From an uncultured archaeon (GTDB lineage Archaea > Nanobdellota > Nanobdellia > Pacearchaeales > GW2011-AR1): a DNA stretch of 64,000 nt. Position 1 is the first letter of the stretch. Each line of letters starts with the position of its first letter. The translations under genes were made by a program, and so were the position numbers. The stretch is from assembly GCA_903866625.1 (NCBI GenBank), contig CAIPOI010000006.1, positions 43,624 through 107,623 on the forward strand. Reading direction: 5' to 3'. The notes below the pieces were generated by a model. The model did no database searches. It had not been told where the DNA came from and saw only the letters and a list, made by a program, of their open reading frames with translations. Positions 19,344 to 26,770 of this stretch are shown here, piece by piece.

Positions 19344-19769
19344 ATGGATATTCAAGCACTTATACAAGCAAATCCCCGATTATGGATTGTAATTTTTGCA
19401 TTCTTTGTTTCAGTAGTTATAACTATTGCAAATTATTTTTTAACTGATAAAGAGCTTATGAAGAATATAAAAGAAAAGCAAAAAAGACTTCGAGAAGAAA
19501 TGAAGAAATACAGAAATGATTCTCAAAAAATGATGGAGCTAAATAAGCAAATGATGGAAGATTTTCCAAATCAAATGAAACAATCAATGAAAGTATCAGT
19601 TATAACTCTGATCCCTTTGCTTTTATTATTTAATTGGTTAAGAGTAAGCTTTGCTTCAACAACTTTGGCTGAACCAGGATTATTTGGTTGGCCAATTTGG
19701 ACTTGGTGGTATATTCTTTCTTCTTTAGTTTGGAGCATGATACTAAGAAAACTTTTTAAGTTGGATTAA
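19344..19769 (+). CDS. DUF106/EMC3-TMCO1 (Oxa1 superfamily) membrane insertase
   Basis: TM-coiled coil-TM layout, Met-rich segment, WWYILSS; usual position after secY. Confidence 0.85.
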   Translation: MDIQALIQANPRLWIVIFAFFVSVVITIANYFLTDKELMKNIKEKQKRLREEMKKYRNDSQKMMELNKQMMEDFPNQMKQSMKVSVITLIPLLLLFNWLRVSFASTTLAEPGLFGWPIWTWWYILSSLVWSMILRKLFKLD

Positions 19770-19815
19770 ATTTGATTAAAAAATTTTATTCTTATCAAAT
19801 CTATTATTCATAAAT

Positions 19816-20337
19816 TTATCTTCTTCTGACATAAAAGAAACCTGAAACTAAACCTACTAGAACTAAAGCAACTCCAAGAGTATTTGATGTTGAGCTAGCC
19901 ATATTTGCTATAACGTTTCCAGTTATGTTCGCTGAGAGAAAAAAGAGTCCACCTAAGACTCCAATAAGAGAAGAGAGAGCTAAGGGCAATCTAACTTTAG
20001 TCCCCTCTAGAGGCGCCTCGGAATCCAGTAAACTTTCTAATTGATCATTTTTCTTTATAGTTACACCATTTTTCTTTAAAGCAGTGTTCAAATCTTTTGC
20101 AAGTTTAAGAAGTCTCGCCTTCGCAGATTCGTAGTCTGCATAATTTAAATCTCCGCCACCCGCCGGCATATATCTTGGGAATTCTCCGGCTTGAAATTTT
20201 GAGCCGTTAGAAACTACTTCAACATATAATTTTCTTCCGAAAAAGCTTGGCCTTAGTCTTACTTCAGCAGAGTCATAACCCTGTTTAGCAACTAAAGAAG
20301 CGATTTGTTCGGGGTTCATGTAATTCTTTTTTGCCAT
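19816..20337 (-). CDS. Hypothetical membrane protein with two C-terminal TM helices
   Basis: 173-aa ORF; C-terminal FFLSANITGNVI...LVGLVSGFFYVRRR. Confidence 0.7.
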   Translation of the reverse strand: MAKKNYMNPEQIASLVAKQGYDSAEVRLRPSFFGRKLYVEVVSNGSKFQAGEFPRYMPAGGGDLNYADYESAKARLLKLAKDLNTALKKNGVTIKKNDQLESLLDSEAPLEGTKVRLPLALSSLIGVLGGLFFLSANITGNVIANMASSTSNTLGVALVLVGLVSGFFYVRRR

Positions 20338-20433
20338 ATTCTCTTAAGAATTATCAACTTTAAAAACCCTTCTAAAAAAACTTTAGAAGATGCTAACCAA
20401 AACCTATAAAAACCATCTATTTAGAATAGGTTT

Positions 20434-20892
20434 ATGGAAAAGAACTCAATGAGAATAAATATGCTTGGGCAAGAAGCTGAGAGATTAGAACAGCAAATGC
20501 AGGTTATGGAACAGCAGATTGGAGAGCTTAATCAGATTAAGCAAAGTATAGAAGAACTTGAAAAAGATAAATCAAAAGAAATACTTGCAAATCTTGGAAA
20601 AGGAATTTTTGCAGAAGCAAAAGTTAAGAATAATAGCCTTATCATAAATGTTGGTGCAAATGTTTTTCTTAAAAAAACACCAAAAGAAGCTCAAGAGATT
20701 ATTGAAAGTCAGTTAAAGCAGCTTTCTGAAGGAAAACAAAATCTTCTTTCGAGTATAGAACAACTTCAAACAGAAATGCAGAATCTTTTATTAAATTCTA
20801 ATTCCGAACATGAACATTCGCATTCTTGCGAAAACGAAGATTGTGAGTGTGAGGAAGAATGTGATGATTGCAAGTGTGGACATAAGCACTAA
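20434..20892 (+). CDS. pfdA: Prefoldin alpha subunit with a His/Cys-rich C-terminal tail
   Basis: Coiled coils flanking EILANLGKGIF...IINVGANVFLKK beta hairpins. Confidence 0.9.
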   Translation: MEKNSMRINMLGQEAERLEQQMQVMEQQIGELNQIKQSIEELEKDKSKEILANLGKGIFAEAKVKNNSLIINVGANVFLKKTPKEAQEIIESQLKQLSEGKQNLLSSIEQLQTEMQNLLLNSNSEHEHSHSCENEDCECEEECDDCKCGHKH

Positions 20893-20923
20893 TTAGGGAA
20901 AGAGTTCTGGTGTTGAAAATAAA

Positions 20924-21388
20924 ATGGAAGATATATTTAAAGACGAAAAATTTGAAAAGTTTCTTTATGGTGGAGTAAGAGATTTAGAAGAACCTGTTGG
21001 ACAATTAATATATAACTTATGGAAGGCAGGAATAACTACTGAATGGAGCTGCTCCGGACATATAGGCAAAACAATAGGACCCTCTGAAAAATTGGCTATA
21101 GACGGGCATTATGTCTATGATGCTGGAAGATTATATTATAAAACAACCCCTAATTCCGAACCCCTAAAATCAAAATTGATAGAAATTTGTACAAAACATA
21201 GTTTTGCTACACTAACTGAACGAGAAGGAGATAGTAAATTTATATTAGAGATGAAAGATATAGCTTTACATTGTTCCGAAAGAGGATACACAGAATTACA
21301 GGTTCCAATTCAACTTGCAGAGCGAAGATACGCTGAATTTTTAGAGATATGGAGAGAATTAACTGATTGGAGTAAAATTATAAAGTAA
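20924..21388 (+). CDS. Hypothetical protein with a TTEWSCSGH motif
   Basis: 154-aa ORF; motif resembles TTSSCSGR of Taw3/TYW3. Confidence 0.6.
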   Translation: MEDIFKDEKFEKFLYGGVRDLEEPVGQLIYNLWKAGITTEWSCSGHIGKTIGPSEKLAIDGHYVYDAGRLYYKTTPNSEPLKSKLIEICTKHSFATLTEREGDSKFILEMKDIALHCSERGYTELQVPIQLAERRYAEFLEIWRELTDWSKIIK

Positions 21389-21442
21389 AGCTCTATTTTT
21401 AATCACATAAATGCTTTTAAATTAAAAACTATAAAATAATTT

Positions 21443-21892
21443 ATGAGCTGGTTAAGAGCAAGAAAATCTGAACTTCCTAAAAGAAATCCTTATAGATTTA
21501 ATGTAATTAATGCTTATAGAATTGAAGAAGGCGAAAGAAGCAGATATGCTCATAAGGATATTCGATTAATTAAGGGTTCTGAATGGGCTTTTTCTTTTGA
21601 CGGAAATAGAAGATGGAGAGAACAGCACTATCAACTTGCGGTAAGCGTACTAACTTCTCGTATAAAACAGGAACAAACTAAAAAAGATAAACCCTACAAG
21701 TATATGTTTACTTTACAACATGATACTGAGAATGAATTAATAAGCTTAGAAAGACTTGAAAAAGATCCCAAAAATACTTTAGGAGAAGCACTTAATCATG
21801 CCAAAATAGATCCAAATTATCCGCATCGTATTTTAAGAAATCCAGCACTATTAGAATCTCAGAAGATGCCCGGATTTACTTATCCCTATTAA
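21443..21892 (+). CDS. Hypothetical protein
   Basis: 149-aa ATG ORF with TATA-like TTTTAAAT ~20 nt upstream. Confidence 0.6.
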   Translation: MSWLRARKSELPKRNPYRFNVINAYRIEEGERSRYAHKDIRLIKGSEWAFSFDGNRRWREQHYQLAVSVLTSRIKQEQTKKDKPYKYMFTLQHDTENELISLERLEKDPKNTLGEALNHAKIDPNYPHRILRNPALLESQKMPGFTYPY

Positions 21893-21907
21893 TTCTAAAA
21901 CTAAGAG

Positions 21908-22897
21908 CTATTCTATATAAGTAAATTTGTGCTCTTTTGAAATTGTTATAACTTCTACTTTCTTGATTATGTCTGAAAATTCATCTTTAATTCGTTTTAA
22001 GATAGAATTAAATTCTTCTTCAGAAAAAGTTTCAAATTCAGGCTCTAAATCCCAATTACTTAATACCTTAAGATTATGAACGACATTTTTATTTGAAGCT
22101 AAAAATAAGTTTAATTCTTTTAATCGCTTTTCTTTAGGGGAATCCAAATAAAAAAAAGTCTTGTAAAACTTTATTCCCAACTTTCCATAGTTAATTGCTA
22201 TTCTAAAACCTGTTATTATTCCTCGCTTAATTAAGGATTTTATTTTATAATCAACAATTCTTGGAGTTGTTCCAAGTTCTTCAGCAATCTCTACGATAGA
22301 ACTTCTGGCATTTTTTCCAAGCTCCTTTATTATCTTTAAATCCAAATCTTCTATTTCTTCCGAAGGACTAGAGGTTACAAGCTTTTTTGTTCTATCAAAA
22401 TTTGCTTTTTGTTCTAAGAGATAATCTCTTTGATAAACTTCGGCTTCGGTGCAGATAGAAATAGACTTTTTTTCAACATAACCCTCAAACAAACTGAGAA
22501 TATTATTTTTAAAAGCTTCAACTTCAGATAAAGATTTTACTTCGCCAGCAACCGAAAGATCCCAATCACCTTTACAAGAGATAACCCACAAAACCTTTTT
22601 ATCTTTTTTCATCTCTTCAATAATTTTATTAATATCTTCAGATTTTAAGTGCTGAAAAGAAAGTAAAATTTTAAATTGAGTTAAACCTAACTTAGATAAG
22701 TCTATACAAACCTGATATTGAGTTATTATTCCTTCATCTTCAAATCTTTTTATACGATAGTTTACGACTTCACTCGAAAGCTTAACTTTCTTTGCTATCT
22801 GGGGGCACGATTGTCTACAATTCTTGTCAAGCTCATAAAGTATTTTTCTATCTTTCAAATCAAGGCCAAAAAGCTTGCCCGAGTTATTTTCGTTCAT
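21908..22897 (-). CDS. Tandem (duplicated) Lrp/AsnC-family transcriptional regulator
   Basis: Two wHTH+RAM units: LDLKDRKILYELDKNCRQS..IAKKV..YRIKR and LDLKIIKELGKNARSS..IAEELG..YKIK. Confidence 0.9.
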   Translation of the reverse strand: MNENNSGKLFGLDLKDRKILYELDKNCRQSCPQIAKKVKLSSEVVNYRIKRFEDEGIITQYQVCIDLSKLGLTQFKILLSFQHLKSEDINKIIEEMKKDKKVLWVISCKGDWDLSVAGEVKSLSEVEAFKNNILSLFEGYVEKKSISICTEAEVYQRDYLLEQKANFDRTKKLVTSSPSEEIEDLDLKIIKELGKNARSSIVEIAEELGTTPRIVDYKIKSLIKRGIITGFRIAINYGKLGIKFYKTFFYLDSPKEKRLKELNLFLASNKNVVHNLKVLSNWDLEPEFETFSEEEFNSILKRIKDEFSDIIKKVEVITISKEHKFTYIE

Positions 22898-23006
22898 ATT
22901 TAAGATAATTACATTTAGTATATAAATATTGTTATTTTATTAAATAATCTTATGAAAACCTTTAATTATATTACTAACTTAGCAGTAGTATCAGATAAAT
23001 AAGAAA

Positions 23007-23393
23007 ATGATAAAACAAATAAAACAAAATATCAAAAACATTTGGTATGGAATAAAAATAGAAGAGCTTCCAGCAATAAATGGAATTCAAGCTGAAAGAA
23101 TATACAGAGGTTCTAGATATCAAGTAATAGCTGCAAAGCAAGTAAAACCTTCAGAAAGTTTTTGGAATGAAGAATATCAACCTTTTGATTTGTGCCTTAA
23201 TTCATGGGATTTAGCAAGGAATACAACTCATTATTTTTTTCATGGGTTAAATGTTAGAAATGAGGTTAGTAAACAACCATACAAACAAGAAATTTCTCCA
23301 AGCGACCTAAAAGAATTTATGCCTTTAGTTGAAGCTCTAGAAAATCGATTGGGATATACTCTAATTAAACAGGTTCCAAGAGAAAGAAAATGA
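23007..23393 (+). CDS. Hypothetical protein
   Basis: 128-aa ORF, first gene divergent from the Lrp gene. Confidence 0.6.
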   Translation: MIKQIKQNIKNIWYGIKIEELPAINGIQAERIYRGSRYQVIAAKQVKPSESFWNEEYQPFDLCLNSWDLARNTTHYFFHGLNVRNEVSKQPYKQEISPSDLKEFMPLVEALENRLGYTLIKQVPRERK

Positions 23394-24160
23394 TACCAAA
23401 ACAAAAAATAGAACAAATATGTACTGAAGCAGGATTATGTGTCCTTGACCAAATAGTTGAACCAGATTCTTTAAAATATTCTAAAACAATTATTAATAGT
23501 TCGGATTTAAATTCAACTCTTTTTAACCTAAGATATATCTTAGTTCCAAAAGTGGAAGTTCAAGTATTAGACTTTGGAGGTTTAGATAAATTAATGTCCC
23601 TTGCTCTAAATCTTAAGAGGAAGATAAAAATTAATAATGGAGAAATTACGCTTTATTATAAAAAAGAAGAGGAGCAAGATAGGATCAAAAGGAAAGGTAT
23701 ATCCTATCAAGATTTTGATGGTGCTCTTCACTATGATTTTCCAAGAATTCATATTAAAGAAAGTTTAGGAAAATACTTTGTTAGAGAAATTACTGATTTT
23801 GAAATTGATGAAGAGGCTAAGCTGATTTTAGAAACAGAATTAAAAATGGCAAAAATACCTTTCAGAAAAAGATATTCCTTTCATGAAGAAAAAGAAGAGA
23901 AATATATCGGGCCGTTTGTTGAATCTACATTTTTTATTTATCCATCTAGAGAGGTATGTCTCAGATTAAAGGCAGAGCCCGGAGAGACACATTGCCGACA
24001 TGGCTATACCCCCTTAAATCACCCAGTAATATCTCATGGATTCCTTGAAAATGGTTATTGTTCAAGTATTTGTCTTCCGATAGATGAAAAATTATTTCCA
24101 AATTGGAAGCAAACAGCTACACAATGTGGCTTTGAACATATAGAAAATTTCAGAGATTAA
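23390..24160 (+). CDS. Hypothetical protein
   Basis: 256-aa ORF with ATGA overlap; C-terminal His/Cys cluster. Confidence 0.65.
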   Translation: MIPKQKIEQICTEAGLCVLDQIVEPDSLKYSKTIINSSDLNSTLFNLRYILVPKVEVQVLDFGGLDKLMSLALNLKRKIKINNGEITLYYKKEEEQDRIKRKGISYQDFDGALHYDFPRIHIKESLGKYFVREITDFEIDEEAKLILETELKMAKIPFRKRYSFHEEKEEKYIGPFVESTFFIYPSREVCLRLKAEPGETHCRHGYTPLNHPVISHGFLENGYCSSICLPIDEKLFPNWKQTATQCGFEHIENFRD

Positions 24161-24168
24161 AAGATAAA

Positions 24169-24582
24169 ATGATAAACAAACAACAAATACAAAACGCACT
24201 AAGGGTCTATGGAAGTGAAGGAGTAAAAAATGATACTTTACAAACTGATTTTTATGTCTATGTAAATGAATTTGAAAATAATTATAAAAGTATATGGGGG
24301 GATTTTTCACAGAATCCTGAACTTAATCTAAGAGATTCAAGAAAAATTATAGTTCATTTTCCAATTAGATGCCCTAAAGGATGGTTAGACCAAAAAATTC
24401 AAGATTCTAAATTCATAGTAATGTTTCGTGGTGCAACAACACCTTTTGGCTATTATTCTACTCTAAAGGGCTTTCCCAATGTTGAGCGGGGAATTGATTT
24501 TATTGAAGAAGTAAGAACAGAATTAAAAGAACCATCTCAATATGGGATTCATGCATTATATCTTGGCAGGAGAGTAAAATAA
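24169..24582 (+). CDS. Hypothetical protein
   Basis: 137-aa ORF tightly coupled to its neighbours. Confidence 0.6.
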   Translation: MINKQQIQNALRVYGSEGVKNDTLQTDFYVYVNEFENNYKSIWGDFSQNPELNLRDSRKIIVHFPIRCPKGWLDQKIQDSKFIVMFRGATTPFGYYSTLKGFPNVERGIDFIEEVRTELKEPSQYGIHALYLGRRVK

Positions 24583-24583
24583 A

Positions 24584-24835
24584 ATGAAAAAGCAACTAAT
24601 TGATTTGGAAGGTAAGACTGAAGGAAATGAACCCCTCGGCAATCCTATTTTAGTAAGTTTTAGTGGTACTCCCGAACACTCCGATGATAACTTCTTCTTA
24701 GCTATGCCTGAAATAGGTAAACATGCACCGCCCCAAGCTACAGGATTTTGTCGAAGCAGACCAATTAGATATGAATTCTGGAGAACTCATTCAGAGTATT
24801 ATCTTGCAGTTCAGTATTATCAACTAAAGCACTAA
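24584..24835 (+). CDS. Hypothetical protein
   Basis: 83-aa ORF starting 1 nt after the previous stop. Confidence 0.55.
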   Translation: MKKQLIDLEGKTEGNEPLGNPILVSFSGTPEHSDDNFFLAMPEIGKHAPPQATGFCRSRPIRYEFWRTHSEYYLAVQYYQLKH

Positions 24836-25632
24836 TATTCTTTCTTAGAAACTTTCTTCAGAAAATCAGAATAACTATCAATACCCCTTTCTGTAACTAT
24901 CTTTGAAATGTTTTCTTTTTTTACAAATTCAAACGCAGGATTTTTGATGTGAACCTTATTTATCTTGGGATTCCAGATTTCCTTGAAATCTCTTTGCTCA
25001 AGCCTAATACTCTTATGAGAATATTTCCAAGAATCTGCGATGATTAAAACAGGAACTCCTCTGTTCTTTGCAATTTCTGAAAACATGCCACTTCCAACTT
25101 TATTAATAACCCCTGTATCTAAAAGTGCATCTGCACCAATAAATACAATATTAGAGGAGTTTATGGCTATTGCTGCCGCAGAGTCTACTACATTTACGAC
25201 TTCTATTCCAGCTCTACCAAGTTCTTTAGCGGTTTTTCTTCCTTGAAATAATGGCCTAGTCTCAGTGTTGTAAACTCTAAATTTTTTTCCGTGCTTCTTT
25301 GCATAAATCAAAGCGCTTACCACATTAGTAGAATGACAGTGAGTAAAAATAGTATAATTATTTTTTATTAAGCTAAAGACCAACTTGTTTATGTGATATT
25401 GTGCCGCAGAGAAATGCTGAAGAATTTCTTTTTTGGGCTTTTTTCCAGCTAAACTGAGAACATGACTAAGCAAAGGCTCAGTAGGTCTTAACTTTAAAAG
25501 AATTTTTTTTGTATCTGCACTAGGGAATAGATAGTATGCTTTTAATGCAGCTTTAGCGACATTTGAAGCTCCCTGAATATCAAGATTTTTTATTCTTTTG
25601 CAAATCCGATTAAATCTGTATTTCTTTAACAT
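24832..25632 (-). CDS. Ribose-1,5-bisphosphate isomerase (eIF2B-related family)
   Basis: IQGA, RPTEP, THCHS (catalytic Cys), ETRPLFQG, GADA (catalytic Asp), NKVGS and NPAF motifs. Confidence 0.85.
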   Translation of the reverse strand: MLKKYRFNRICKRIKNLDIQGASNVAKAALKAYYLFPSADTKKILLKLRPTEPLLSHVLSLAGKKPKKEILQHFSAAQYHINKLVFSLIKNNYTIFTHCHSTNVVSALIYAKKHGKKFRVYNTETRPLFQGRKTAKELGRAGIEVVNVVDSAAAIAINSSNIVFIGADALLDTGVINKVGSGMFSEIAKNRGVPVLIIADSWKYSHKSIRLEQRDFKEIWNPKINKVHIKNPAFEFVKKENISKIVTERGIDSYSDFLKKVSKKEY

Positions 25633-25731
25633 CTTTTACCCTCTTTTTAATCTTCTTTGATAAGTCCTTTTAAGTTTTTAAATCCTACTGGATTTGACAA
25701 TATTTAAAAACAACCGAGAATAAATAATAGA

Positions 25732-26592
25732 ATGTTAGAATTGTTTATTAATCCAAAAAGAGCTGAGAGACAACCTTGGCAGATGTTTTTTATCGGTCTT
25801 TTTTATGCAAGCCTTTCTATTGTTTTAGCGTATATTATGTTTGGCTCTGATCCGGTTTTATCCAAGGGAATGGGATTGTTAATAGTAATATTTTGCGTAA
25901 TATTTACTATGCCTTTTATCTATTATACTATCAAACTTGAAGAAAGAAAAAATATAGAATATGACGAACAAATAAAGTTGCTCAAAGAGCATTGGAATGC
26001 AATTAAGGTTTTTCTGTGGCTATTTTTAGGGTTTGTTGTAGCTTTTTCTTTTTGGCACATGGTGTTACCTCACGGGCAAAATATATTAAATTTCCAGATA
26101 CAAACCTATTGTTCTATAAATCAACATAGTAATTATGAAAATTGCCTTAAGCAGTATGGTTTACTTGAGACTTCTGGCATAACAGGCAAAGTTACCTCTA
26201 AAGAAAGATTTTTGTCAATTTTTGTGAATAATATAAAAGTTATGATGCTTACTCTTTTTTTATCATTAATATTTGGTGCGGGTGCTATCTTCATTCTGGC
26301 TTGGAACGCTTCAGTAATAGCTGCAGCCATAGGTATATTTACTAAATTTCAAGTTGCATCCATACCTATCGGGCTTGGGAGATATATGATTCATGGAATT
26401 CCCGAGATAGCTGCTTATTTTGTGGCTGCTCTTGCGGGCGGGATATTAAGTTTAGCAGTAATAAGAAAGGACCTTAATAAGGATAGATTTTGGAATATTC
26501 TTCAGGATTCTTTTAATCTATTGATCATAGCAATCATAATTATATTTGTGTCCGGCATAATAGAAGTATTTATAACCCCGAAATTATTCTAA
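25732..26592 (+). CDS. SpoIIM/DUF95-family membrane protein
   Basis: Multi-TM protein with IF.NN, HGIPEI and IEVFITP motifs. Confidence 0.85.
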   Translation: MLELFINPKRAERQPWQMFFIGLFYASLSIVLAYIMFGSDPVLSKGMGLLIVIFCVIFTMPFIYYTIKLEERKNIEYDEQIKLLKEHWNAIKVFLWLFLGFVVAFSFWHMVLPHGQNILNFQIQTYCSINQHSNYENCLKQYGLLETSGITGKVTSKERFLSIFVNNIKVMMLTLFLSLIFGAGAIFILAWNASVIAAAIGIFTKFQVASIPIGLGRYMIHGIPEIAAYFVAALAGGILSLAVIRKDLNKDRFWNILQDSFNLLIIAIIIIFVSGIIEVFITPKLF

Positions 26593-26618
26593 AAATAAGG
26601 TAAAAACCTTAAAAGAAG

Positions 26619-26768
26619 ATGGAAAATTTAATTTGCACAAACTGCAACTTTCGCTTTAAGAGGGATAAATTTACCCCCCTTTGCCCTTACTGCAATAAGA
26701 AAGCAGCAGAAATAGAGTCTTCTGCACAAGACATTGTTTGCGAAGTTGAAGATTTACTAAAAGAATAA
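26619..26768 (+). CDS. Small zinc-ribbon protein (49 aa), not in ORF track
   Basis: MENLICTNCNFRFKRDKFTPLCPYCNKKAAEIESSAQDIVCEVEDLLKE*; CxxC...CPxC; stop 2 nt before the aglB ATG. Confidence 0.8.
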   Translation: MENLICTNCNFRFKRDKFTPLCPYCNKKAAEIESSAQDIVCEVEDLLKE

Positions 26769-26770
26769 AA

